Virus record (IMG/VR): IMGVR_UViG_3300021964_000023
Location: 32,001 to 96,000 of that record
Direction: 5' to 3' (one strand)
DNA from: a virus
Length of the DNA: 64,000 nt
Every line of letters begins with the position of its first letter. The stretch's first letter is position 1. Of this stretch, positions 38,494-47,119 are shown one piece after another. The notes beneath the pieces were generated by a model that was given only the letters and a program-made list of their open reading frames with translations, had not been told where the DNA came from and searched no databases. Position numbers and translations under genes: made by a program.

Positions 38494-39821
38494 AAGTAGG
38501 TATTATTGGGACAGGTAGACTTGGTGGTCCAGTATCAGAGGCGTTTGCGGAATCTGGTCATGAAGTATTTGCTTATGATATTGCTGGTGGCAAAAATATC
38601 AAAGTAACTGAAGAGGGTGGATCCAGAAAGTACTACAAAACTATTAAAAGTGTGGTGCAAAAGACTGCTATGGTTTTTGTTGCTGTCCCTACACCGCACA
38701 GTGAAGAGTATGATGGTAGTTCTCCATGTATGGATTTAGAACCAAAAGATTTTGACTATACTATAGTTAAAGAAGTTTTAACCGAAGTTAACAAATATGC
38801 ATCATCTCACCAGCAAGTAATTTTAATTTCTACAGTTCTTCCTGGAACTATTAGAGAGCAGCTTCTTCCTTTGGTCCCTAATTGTACTCTCATTTACAAC
38901 CCATATCTTATTGCTATGGGTACAGTAAAGGATGACTTTAGAAATCCAGAGATGATAATGGTTGGGACAGAGAATAATTTGTCGATCGATAATATTTTGT
39001 TTAGATCCTTAATCAAGTTCTATTGTAGTTGCAGTAGTATTTTTGATAAAGATGATGATAGGCGAGAAGATAATCCAGAATTTTTGAATAAATTTGTTAC
39101 TGGAACATATGAAGAGATGGAATGCGTAAAGGTGTTTTACAATACCTTTATCAGCAGCAAAATATCTTTCGTTAACATGATTCAAGATGTTGCAGAACGT
39201 CAAGGAAATATTGATGTTGACGTTGTAACCAATGCTCTTACTAGTGCATCTACTAGAATTATTAGTTCTGCATATATGAAAGCGGGTATGGGTGATGGTG
39301 GTGCTTGTCATCCGAGAGATAACATTGCTCTTAGATATCTTGCTCAAAAATTAGATCTGGGATATGATATCTTTGAATCTGTAATGCGTTCTAGAGAGCA
39401 ACAAGCAAAAAATCTTGCTGAGTTCCTAGTTAAACTTGCAGATACTTGTAGAACTCCCATTGTTATTCATGGCAAAGCATACAAACCTAAAGTGCCATAT
39501 ATTGACGGTAGTTACAGTCTTTTAGTTGGTCATTATGTTGAACAACTTGGTGAGAGAGTTAGATATGTTGACCCATATACTGGTGATAAGTGGAGTGGTC
39601 CAGCAATTTTCCTACTCGCACATAGTGTAAGTACTACGTATAGGTATTGGGAAAAACAAAACACTGGTGATGAAGTATACTGTGATTTCCCATTTGGTAG
39701 TGTTATTGTTGACCCTTGGAGGAAGTTTAAAGCTCCTGATGATGAACCTCTAGAGGTAATTTATTATGGTAATACTAGAGGCAAAGCAGAACACGACGCT
39801 AAAAGCATAGACAAATCCTAA
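38490..39821 (+). CDS. UDP-glucose/GDP-mannose dehydrogenase family protein
   Basis: GTGRLG, VPTP, STVLPGT, K..NTF..KISFVN, GGACHPRD. Confidence 0.9.
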   Translation: MKVGIIGTGRLGGPVSEAFAESGHEVFAYDIAGGKNIKVTEEGGSRKYYKTIKSVVQKTAMVFVAVPTPHSEEYDGSSPCMDLEPKDFDYTIVKEVLTEVNKYASSHQQVILISTVLPGTIREQLLPLVPNCTLIYNPYLIAMGTVKDDFRNPEMIMVGTENNLSIDNILFRSLIKFYCSCSSIFDKDDDRREDNPEFLNKFVTGTYEEMECVKVFYNTFISSKISFVNMIQDVAERQGNIDVDVVTNALTSASTRIISSAYMKAGMGDGGACHPRDNIALRYLAQKLDLGYDIFESVMRSREQQAKNLAEFLVKLADTCRTPIVIHGKAYKPKVPYIDGSYSLLVGHYVEQLGERVRYVDPYTGDKWSGPAIFLLAHSVSTTYRYWEKQNTGDEVYCDFPFGSVIVDPWRKFKAPDDEPLEVIYYGNTRGKAEHDAKSIDKS

Positions 39822-39858
39822 TTTTTAAAGTAAACTATTAGTAAATCAAACTAAAATT

Positions 39859-40263
39859 ATGTCCGTTGATACTCAAAAGTACGTCGAGTTCGTCAAGCAA
39901 ACCACCAGTGCTCCTAGTCTAGACTATCCTGTCTTGTCTGCTCGACTGTCCGAACTTGAAGCAAATGGTTGTAATGTCACTCAATTGATGACCGCTGCTT
40001 TTGGTCTGTCTGCTGAAGCAGGTGAGTTTACCGAAGTTGTGAAGAAGATTGTCTTCCAAGGTAAACCTTATAATGAAGAGAATGCATTCCACATGAAGCG
40101 AGAGTTGGGAGATATTATGTGGTATCTTTCTCAAGCATGTATGGCACTGGATATTAGCATCGAAGAAGTTATTCAAATGAATTTTGAGAAACTTAGTGCT
40201 CGTTATCCTGAAGGTGCATTTAGTATTGAACGTTCTGAGAATCGTGTAGAGGGTGATCTGTAA
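39859..40263 (+). CDS. mazG: MazG-like NTP pyrophosphohydrolase
   Basis: GLSAEAGEFTEVVKK, ELGDIMWY, KLSARYP. Confidence 0.95.
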   Translation: MSVDTQKYVEFVKQTTSAPSLDYPVLSARLSELEANGCNVTQLMTAAFGLSAEAGEFTEVVKKIVFQGKPYNEENAFHMKRELGDIMWYLSQACMALDISIEEVIQMNFEKLSARYPEGAFSIERSENRVEGDL

Positions 40264-40295
40264 GCCTAGATAGTGCTATAAAAAATATAGTAAAA

Positions 40296-41789
40296 ATGAA
40301 GATAACTAATATTTGCATACTAGGTGGAGGGACCGCTGGTTTTATGACCGCAGCGGTCCTTTCTCAGTATGTAAAGAATTGCAATCTTGATATTAAAATA
40401 AAGTGTGTATATTCTAGCAAAATCGGAATCATTGGTGTAGGAGAATCTACCCAACTTGCAATAAATGATATCTTTCAGTTTTTGCGACTGAGAGATTCTG
40501 ATTGGATGTCTAAGTGTAATGCAACTTATAAAACAAATGTGAGATTTGAATCTTGGTGTAATCCTGGAGAAAGTTTTTACTATCCATTTGGAGATTTGAC
40601 AGGTGAGGATTTATCCCCATTTTTTATCCTACAAGAATTATTTCCCGATCAAATAGATAAGACTCATTTTGCTAGGTATGCTAGAGATCACTCCAGATTT
40701 GCTGAACTAAACAGACTGACAGATAAGGGGTGGGAATTTCATGAACTAACTGCATATCATTTTGATACTCATTTGCTATCTAAAGTTTTATATGATGTCT
40801 GTATCAGTAATGACGTAGAGTTTGTTGATGACGAATATTTGAGTTCGCATCAAAACTCCAGGGGCATTGAATATATTGAGTGTGAAAATACGGGACTGCA
40901 TTATGCAGATTTATTTGTAGATTGTACTGGATTTAAATCTCTTTTGCTTGGTGAGGAGATGGGAGTTCCTTTTGTACCCTACTCTAAAACTTTGATTAAT
41001 AATAGAGTTGTTACTGCAAAATTAGAATATACAAATAAAGAAGAGCAGTTAAAAAATTATACAAATAATGTCACTATGGATAATGGGTGGTGTTGGGAAA
41101 TACCTCTTTGGGATGGATTGTCTGTTGGTTATGTTCATTCTTTGAAGTTTACAACAGAAGATAAAATAGAGAAAGAATTTATCAAAAGATATGGGGTAGC
41201 GCCATCGAGAGTTGTTGAATTTAAAACTGGTAGGAGAGAAAGGGCGTGGGTTAAAAATGTTGCTTCTGTTGGATTATCTTTTGGTTTTATTGAACCTTTA
41301 GAAGCAACAGGATTGGCATCAATCATAACTAATATTTTTAGACTTTTAGAAGTATTCTCAGCAAACCATAGAATAAATTCCTTCGATAGAGAGTTATTCA
41401 ATTCTTCAGTTATCGGTGAGTTGGATGGACAAAAAACATTTATTGATATTCACTATTCATCTGCTCAAAGATCTGATACAGATTATTGGTATCATGTAAC
41501 TAATGAGATAGAATATGATTGGAATTTTGGAAACTGTAAAAGATCTATAGATGCTACTGTTGGTGATAGAGATTATTCAGATAAAAAATTAAACGGTGGA
41601 GTTCCATTTATTCTTGTTGGTAATGAATATTCTCCAACGTCTTCTGGGTTTGTAAAGTCTCTTGGTGATAAAAAGCACTATGAAAGTGCGTTGAATGAAT
41701 GGATTGAATATGATTCTATATCTAATCAAACAGTTTTAGAGCAACCAACTACGTATCAGTTTTTGAAGAACAATGTTTATAGATCATAA
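40296..41789 (+). CDS. prnA: Flavin-dependent tryptophan halogenase-like protein
   Basis: GGGTAG, GVGEST, ATYK, DCTGF, WCWEIP (WxWxIP), FIEPLEATG. Confidence 0.88.
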   Translation: MKITNICILGGGTAGFMTAAVLSQYVKNCNLDIKIKCVYSSKIGIIGVGESTQLAINDIFQFLRLRDSDWMSKCNATYKTNVRFESWCNPGESFYYPFGDLTGEDLSPFFILQELFPDQIDKTHFARYARDHSRFAELNRLTDKGWEFHELTAYHFDTHLLSKVLYDVCISNDVEFVDDEYLSSHQNSRGIEYIECENTGLHYADLFVDCTGFKSLLLGEEMGVPFVPYSKTLINNRVVTAKLEYTNKEEQLKNYTNNVTMDNGWCWEIPLWDGLSVGYVHSLKFTTEDKIEKEFIKRYGVAPSRVVEFKTGRRERAWVKNVASVGLSFGFIEPLEATGLASIITNIFRLLEVFSANHRINSFDRELFNSSVIGELDGQKTFIDIHYSSAQRSDTDYWYHVTNEIEYDWNFGNCKRSIDATVGDRDYSDKKLNGGVPFILVGNEYSPTSSGFVKSLGDKKHYESALNEWIEYDSISNQTVLEQPTTYQFLKNNVYRS

Positions 41790-42387
41790 AGAGATTAATA
41801 CTAAACTTGCTTTATTAAACACATATCATGATACTATCTTAAATGAGTATCGTTCTAATATCTCTGAATTAGAATTTAGAGATTTTACTAATGAGCAAAA
41901 CTATTATATTAGTAGATACAAACAAGGATATCCTATTGGATATGATACCTATTATAAAGCCCGCTTAAAATCTGATAAGTTTGGGTGGCACATTGCCCCT
42001 CTTTTTGCGGAACAAAAATTGTATACCCGTAATACCATTAAACTCCCAACACTAACATCAGTTCTTAGTCAAATTGGACTTACTGATGTTTGTGCAATTA
42101 ATGTATTAGATCCAGGACAGTCTTTGAACTGGCACATTGATAAAGATTATATTCCTGGAGTTCAGTTACTCAGAATAATTTGGGGTATGGATATTGGTGA
42201 AGGATCATGCATTCAAATTTTGAATGATGATTATAGTATAGAAACAAAGATAATGAAGAACAAAGAGTTCTATATCTTTCATCCTCAGTCACGGCATAGA
42301 GTTGAGAATCTTGGAGATAATCCTCGTGCTGTTGTCTGCATAGACTACATTACTGATGCTAAATATAGAAAGTCTGGCATATTGTAA
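41773..42387 (+). CDS. Asp/Asn beta-hydroxylase-like 2OG oxygenase
   Basis: LDPGQSLNWHID, HRVENLGDNPRAVVCID. Confidence 0.75.
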   Translation: MFIDHKEINTKLALLNTYHDTILNEYRSNISELEFRDFTNEQNYYISRYKQGYPIGYDTYYKARLKSDKFGWHIAPLFAEQKLYTRNTIKLPTLTSVLSQIGLTDVCAINVLDPGQSLNWHIDKDYIPGVQLLRIIWGMDIGEGSCIQILNDDYSIETKIMKNKEFYIFHPQSRHRVENLGDNPRAVVCIDYITDAKYRKSGIL

Positions 42388-42527
42388 TGGCTAAAGAATA
42401 CAAGACTAGTGTAACTCTTCCATTGACAAAAGAATTAGTGGGTAAGGTTCTTAGGAAGACTAAATTTAAAAATCTTGATGAATATTTAAATGCAAAACTC
42501 CAGGAAGATCTAGAAAGATTAACTTGA
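42387..42527 (+). CDS. Small protein (46 aa), possible ribbon-helix-helix
   Basis: MAKEYKTSVTLPLTKELVGKVL..LDEYLN; TAATG-coupled. Confidence 0.45.
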   Translation: MAKEYKTSVTLPLTKELVGKVLRKTKFKNLDEYLNAKLQEDLERLT

Positions 42528-42533
42528 TACAAT

Positions 42534-42541
42534 TATAAATA
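42534..42541 (+). promoter_or_regulatory. Late promoter
   Basis: Perfect TATAAATA 20 nt before ATG 42561. Confidence 0.75.
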
Positions 42542-42560
42542 TTATTATATCCTGACAGAT

Positions 42561-43172
42561 ATGAAGAAGTTTTCGCAATACATTGACGAAACAAGATCCC
42601 TTGCCTCAATTCAAGGTAAGAGACTTGGTTTGGTGCCCGATGGGCATGGATCTTTTCATGACAAAAAAACTGGTGAATTTATTGCGAAGAACGTTGGTGG
42701 TAAACTAAAGTTCTATAACCAGAACCAAATTCTTGGTGAACCCGACCCACCACAAAAAAGAACTCAAAATAATCAGAGACCAGTAGCAACACAAACTTCT
42801 AAAAAGAAGACAAAAAATAGTGTAACTACTGAAGTTCCAGAACAACTCACTCGTAGACAAGAGCAAGAACTTAGAGAAAAGTATATTGCTGGTGATATTT
42901 TTTGTGAGGGATCTTTTGTTCATAATATTAAGACTGATCAGATTGGGAAGATTGTTCGTAGAGGAACAAATCATCTTATCTGTGTAACATCTGAAGATGT
43001 TATGTTTAAGTCATGGATTAGAGATGTCCGAGAGTGGACTGAAGTATCTGGGGTTCCTGCCGATCAAAGACTAGTCGGAACGGATGCTCATAGGGAGTAT
43101 GCCATGAGAATGACTGGAACAAAGAAAATCAGGAATTTCATAAATAAATACAAGGCAAAAAAGACGCATTAG
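42561..43172 (+). CDS. Putative internal head protein, related to termini of cyanophage cytidyltransferase-like proteins
   Basis: N-terminus MKKFSQYIDE resembles the T4 capsid-targeting sequence; DGHG..GKLKFY; GTNHLICVT..FKSWI. Confidence 0.6.
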   Translation: MKKFSQYIDETRSLASIQGKRLGLVPDGHGSFHDKKTGEFIAKNVGGKLKFYNQNQILGEPDPPQKRTQNNQRPVATQTSKKKTKNSVTTEVPEQLTRRQEQELREKYIAGDIFCEGSFVHNIKTDQIGKIVRRGTNHLICVTSEDVMFKSWIRDVREWTEVSGVPADQRLVGTDAHREYAMRMTGTKKIRNFINKYKAKKTH

Positions 43173-43176
43173 AGTA

Positions 43177-44595
43177 ATGGCAAACCTTAAGCATGTTGTC
43201 TCTGATCTTCATCAGGTATATCTGGCGGAGATGGAAGCAAAGATTAAACCTCAGTTAGATAAGTCTTCTGCATCTTCCAGCGGATCAGGTGACGGTGAGA
43301 AGAAAGATTCTGCTGGTGGTGGTGGGGACAATGTTCAGAAGGCAGCGAGACAGCTTGCTTATGACACCAGATATAAAGCAAGAAGGGAAGGTATTCCTTT
43401 AGAGAGAGCATTTACTCAGTCTGTTCAGAACTCTAGCGCACCTGCTCCCGTTAAAGATGCTGCTAAGTCGATGCTCTTTAAAGGTGGTGATAAGAATGAA
43501 TCTTTTGAGATTGAAGAAGGAAGAAAGGGTGATAAAGAAAAAGTTAGAGTTACTCCCAAGAAGGGATACGGTGATGCTAAAGGATATGTAAGATTTGCTG
43601 ATGCTAAAAAGAAGCATGAATTGAGAGCAAACCCTCAAATTCAATCTGTAACTCCTACAGATCATGGTGACGCTTATGAGGGTGAGGATGATAAGAAGAA
43701 GTCTAAGAAAAAGTCTGGCAAACTTGATCCAGTAGGTCAGGAAGACGGTGATGTAAACAATGACGGTAAGAAGGATTCTTCTGACAAGTACCTCATGAAG
43801 CGCCGTAAGGCAATTGGTAAGGCAATTGCCAAAACCAAAAAAGAAGAGTTCTCTAATTGGAAGGCAGAACTTGGTCTTGAAGAAGAGACCATGGTCGAAG
43901 TTGCTGGAGAAGAGAAGTCAAAAAAGATCACTGAGAAGAACGTAAAGAACAAGATTGAGATTCATCCTGATCTCAAAGAAGGCATCGCTAAACTCGGCGG
44001 CGAAGTTCTTGAGGTTGAAGAAGTTGATCAGATTGATGAAATCACTGCCATGGCAAAGCGTGGTCATGATGAGACTGCAATCCGCAATAAGATTGCCAAG
44101 TCAACTGGTGGCGGTAAGTCTGCCGATAGGGCAACTGCACTTGCAGATAAACCCACCTACGGTAATGACAAAGCTGCTAAGCAGAGATCTGATCTTGCTA
44201 GAAAGCAAAGAGGTGACTTCCGTAAGACTGCTTCTTCTTCTCCTGGTCTTCATGGTTATGGACACAAGTCTGATGACCCTAAGGTAAAGGCAAAGCAAGC
44301 AGCACGAGGTGCTCAACGTGGTGCTCTGACACCTAACGAGAAGAAGTCTCTGAATAGAGAAGAAGTTGAGCAGATTGGTGAAGAGAGACCTGTAGATAGA
44401 CTTGATCGTTTAAACAGGGAAAGAATCGCTAAGCAGAAGGCAGCAAAAGATGCTGAGACTGCAAAGAGAGATCAACGTATTTCTGATTTCAAAAGTTTTA
44501 GAGCAGGTGAACGTGCTAAGGGAACTCGTCACGATCACATCCTTGACAAGTGGCAACAGAAGAAGATTGCTGCTGACAAAGCAAAAAAGCAGTAG
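43177..44595 (+). CDS. Late, Lys/Glu-rich putative virion protein; N-terminal part of a -1 frameshift fusion
   Basis: CATAAATA upstream; LDPVGQEDGDVNNDG..DKYL..RRKAI; ends at A AAA AAG CAG TAG. Confidence 0.75.
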   Translation: MANLKHVVSDLHQVYLAEMEAKIKPQLDKSSASSSGSGDGEKKDSAGGGGDNVQKAARQLAYDTRYKARREGIPLERAFTQSVQNSSAPAPVKDAAKSMLFKGGDKNESFEIEEGRKGDKEKVRVTPKKGYGDAKGYVRFADAKKKHELRANPQIQSVTPTDHGDAYEGEDDKKKSKKKSGKLDPVGQEDGDVNNDGKKDSSDKYLMKRRKAIGKAIAKTKKEEFSNWKAELGLEEETMVEVAGEEKSKKITEKNVKNKIEIHPDLKEGIAKLGGEVLEVEEVDQIDEITAMAKRGHDETAIRNKIAKSTGGGKSADRATALADKPTYGNDKAAKQRSDLARKQRGDFRKTASSSPGLHGYGHKSDDPKVKAKQAARGAQRGALTPNEKKSLNREEVEQIGEERPVDRLDRLNRERIAKQKAAKDAETAKRDQRISDFKSFRAGERAKGTRHDHILDKWQQKKIAADKAKKQ

Positions 44596-44625
44596 GCGAG
44601 GCGGCACAACCTAGTGCTTCCTCGC
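44583..44625 (+). other. Programmed -1 ribosomal frameshift signal
   Basis: In-frame A AAA AAG, 6-nt spacer, GC-rich hairpin; -1 frame is open into 44661..45074. Confidence 0.65.
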
Positions 44626-45074
44626 TAAGAGCAAAACAGCAGGATACCGAGCGTCAGCAAATGCAGAATGCAAGAGCTGAATTGGAGACCTCCAGAGCAT
44701 CTTCTGGTCAGGCAAAGATCCAAGCAAGGAAGGATGAGAAGGCACTTAACGATAAAATTCGTTCTATTGCCAGAGAGGAAGCCGAACTAGATGAGCGTAC
44801 TCGTTACGCTAAAGAGACTGGTAAGGATCCTCAGACAGGTAAACCATCAGTAAAAGGTGGAAAAAAACCAGACGCAGCATTTGCTAAAGTCTCTGCTGAA
44901 CTGCGTAAAACTGGTGGAATGATGTCCTCCAGAAGAAAACCTATTCAACCGCAAGGTAAGAAAAAGGAAAAGGGTAAGAAGGGTTACCAAGGAGTAACTC
45001 CTGTTGATAGAATCAAAGGAGAACTTGCAAGGAAGAGAGCACCCAAACCTGATATTGGGTCTCGCTTTGATTAA
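44589..45074 (+). CDS. Basic module, probable -1 frame C-terminal extension of 43177 ORF (track start 44661)
   Basis: Frame open from 44589; EEAELDE linker and K/G-rich composition match the upstream protein. Confidence 0.65.
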   Translation, partial: AVGEAAQPSASSLRAKQQDTERQQMQNARAELETSRASSGQAKIQARKDEKALNDKIRSIAREEAELDERTRYAKETGKDPQTGKPSVKGGKKPDAAFAKVSAELRKTGGMMSSRRKPIQPQGKKKEKGKKGYQGVTPVDRIKGELARKRAPKPDIGSRFD

Positions 45075-45126
45075 TTAAAAAATCCTTAAGTCTGCTATAT
45101 AGTCTGTACGGCAGACTGAGGACACT

Positions 45127-45321
45127 ATGCTTGCATTCCTTCTTCCATTAGCACAAAAAATCATTGTAGATGCAGTTGCTAAGATCCCCGATAACGAGGA
45201 ACTGGGCGAAAAACTGATTGAAATTTGCCTGATCATCCTGGGCAAAGCGGTTAAATTGACCAAGACAGACATGGATGATAGGTTACTTGCGAAGGTAACT
45301 GAGGCGATGAAAGCTCGCTGA
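45127..45321 (+). CDS. Small conserved hypothetical protein
   Basis: GAGGA SD; LTKTDMDDRL. Confidence 0.7.
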   Translation: MLAFLLPLAQKIIVDAVAKIPDNEELGEKLIEICLIILGKAVKLTKTDMDDRLLAKVTEAMKAR

Positions 45322-45332
45322 TAATTGATCCC

Positions 45333-45353
45333 AGGGGAGCGTTGCTCCCCTCT
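45333..45353 (+). terminator. Hairpin, possible terminator
   Basis: GGGGAGC-GTT-GCTCCCC. Confidence 0.4.
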
Positions 45354-45371
45354 CTTGTACGGGATGGTTTT

Positions 45372-45379
45372 TATAAATA
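45372..45379 (+). promoter_or_regulatory. Late promoter
   Basis: TATAAATA. Confidence 0.75.
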
Positions 45380-45413
45380 AAAAAAGGTAACTGAATTTTA
45401 CGGACAGTAAGAC

Positions 45414-45944
45414 ATGGCACTCTGGGGAAATAGTGATAACGTAACCTCTGCAGGAACAGTAACCCTGAACTACGCGACTGGTATCTGTACTGGATCCAAT
45501 ACTGCATTTGGCGATGCAGGTAGTGCTCAGGAAGGTGATGTGATCAGATTCGGTGATCGCAGTGGTACTTATTTTGGTGATGCTGTAATCGTTAGCATCG
45601 CAAGCACAACTCAATTGACTATTGGTTCTACCGCAGGACTCAGTGGCGTAGCAATTGCTGCTACCTCGTTCACCGTCTCGCAGTGCCCTGTCAGCTCTAT
45701 TGGTGATGTCACCTTCAGTGAAGGTGCTTCTGGTACACAGGACAAGGTTGTATACGGTGTTGCTGCTGAAGGCGTAGACGCTACAACTACAAGTAAGTAT
45801 GCGGTAGATCATGGTGGTTGGGTTGGTGTTACAACCTACGTTGATCAGCATGGGGAATTGAGAGTCAAGAAGGAAGTTCTTGTTGCGATGTCTGGCATCA
45901 CAACTGGTAACGCTCCTGTATATGACGCTGATCCACTAGGTTGA
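45414..45944 (+). CDS. Putative virion structural protein
   Basis: MALWG N-terminus, G/T/S-rich, HGGWVGVTTY..LRVKKEVLVAMS; late promoter. Confidence 0.75.
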   Translation: MALWGNSDNVTSAGTVTLNYATGICTGSNTAFGDAGSAQEGDVIRFGDRSGTYFGDAVIVSIASTTQLTIGSTAGLSGVAIAATSFTVSQCPVSSIGDVTFSEGASGTQDKVVYGVAAEGVDATTTSKYAVDHGGWVGVTTYVDQHGELRVKKEVLVAMSGITTGNAPVYDADPLG

Positions 45945-45959
45945 TATATGATATAGATT

Positions 45960-46346
45960 ATGCAATTTAATGAGTTGAATGAAGATAACTTCCTTCTCTT
46001 TGCAATAAAAAATTATGAGAATCCTCAAGCGGTAACAAAAGAGGATTTTGATAAAGACTTAAATCATTTTAAGTATATAAAGAGATTGTTGAAGAGGTAT
46101 CGCAATACGGGTCAATTAAAGACTCATTTGCTTATAAACCATTTTATAGTTCTGTATAATATATTTGGAGAAGCAGCAACGCCAATGCTCTTCTACAAAA
46201 TAGAGAGAGATCTGTGGGATGTTATGAAGACGTTCATAATTTTTTTGAATCGTTTCCCAGAGTACCCAAAGACATATATTCATGACATCCCAGTTGATAT
46301 TAACTGTCTGTCCGAGTTAAGAAAGGTCTATACTAATGCAGATTGA
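45960..46346 (+). CDS. Conserved T4-like hypothetical protein
   Basis: FAIKNYENP, FKYIKRLL, LINHFIVLYNIFG. Confidence 0.8.
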   Translation: MQFNELNEDNFLLFAIKNYENPQAVTKEDFDKDLNHFKYIKRLLKRYRNTGQLKTHLLINHFIVLYNIFGEAATPMLFYKIERDLWDVMKTFIIFLNRFPEYPKTYIHDIPVDINCLSELRKVYTNAD

Positions 46347-46536
46347 CAAAATCATTCAAATGATTCGTGAATCCATGGTCGCTAATGCTCCTGGCACTGG
46401 CGGCGGATTTAGCAACTCTTCTGATTCTGCGGGACCTACTGCTGGATACGATGCTCCTCTGAGCACCTTAAAAGTATTCAAGCGTAACAAAAAATATATT
46501 TACCAGAAAAATACTCGTAAAAATTGGAAGCAGTAA
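46336..46536 (+). CDS. Small hypothetical protein
   Basis: IRESMVANA..GPTAGYD. Confidence 0.65.
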   Translation: MQIDKIIQMIRESMVANAPGTGGGFSNSSDSAGPTAGYDAPLSTLKVFKRNKKYIYQKNTRKNWKQ

Positions 46537-46537
46537 G

Positions 46538-46945
46538 ATGGCTTTTGGTCTTCAAAAGTTAGCGGTCCTTGAATCCAAACTCGATATTTATGAAGACCTA
46601 AGTAAAGAAATGCTCGACAAATTAGAACGAGCTGTAGGAACTATTTCTGAAAATAGTAATAAGATTGCTATAATTTTGGAGCGTCATGAAGGACGCTTAG
46701 AAGAGAGTGAACGAACAGATAAACTCATCATCAAAATGATTGAGGATCTGAAAATCAAGGTGGATAAAGACCACGAAGCAATGCACAAGAGAGTGTCTGG
46801 TCTTCAGAAGAAAGTAGATACCAATGCCAAGTTTGTCATTGGTGCTGGTGCAGTATTGGCTACTCTTGTTGCAGTTCTACAAGTAGTTCCGCCAGTAATA
46901 GAAGTATTAACAGCAACACCAACTCAAGTTAGCATTCAAAAATAA
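46538..46945 (+). CDS. Coiled-coil protein with C-terminal hydrophobic anchor
   Basis: LAVLESK..MLDKLE, FVIGAGAVLATLVAVL. Confidence 0.7.
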   Translation: MAFGLQKLAVLESKLDIYEDLSKEMLDKLERAVGTISENSNKIAIILERHEGRLEESERTDKLIIKMIEDLKIKVDKDHEAMHKRVSGLQKKVDTNAKFVIGAGAVLATLVAVLQVVPPVIEVLTATPTQVSIQK

Positions 46946-47069
46946 ATAATCATGGTTTAAAAACAAACCATGGAACGACATAAAGATTCGCTGTACTACT
47001 TCCAAAAACTATCTAACTCGGTCTACATGTGGACCAGTATGATGACTGTCTGCTTGTGGGACCTGGAGG

Positions 47070-47098
47070 TTGACAGTAGGTTTTGGGAGTGTTAGGAT
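47070..47098 (+). promoter_or_regulatory. sigma70-type promoter for the primase-nrd operon
   Basis: TTGACA-N17-TAGGAT. Confidence 0.55.
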
Positions 47099-47119
47099 CC
47101 CAGCATAGACACTTACAAC

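Noticed and set aside
30858-39821. Cyanotoxin (saxitoxin/cylindrospermopsin) cluster
   Set aside because: No PKS/NRPS core; the context is dominated by glycosyltransferases and NDP-sugar enzymes
44593-44628. Amber read-through at the end of ORF 43177
   Set aside because: An in-frame TAA follows after ten codons; the continuation is in the -1 frame
46970-47095. 41-aa ORF before the primase (and a 40-aa ORF at 19758..19880)
   Set aside because: Short and motif-free; the first overlaps the primase promoter and the second the gp44 start, so neither can be supported from sequence alone
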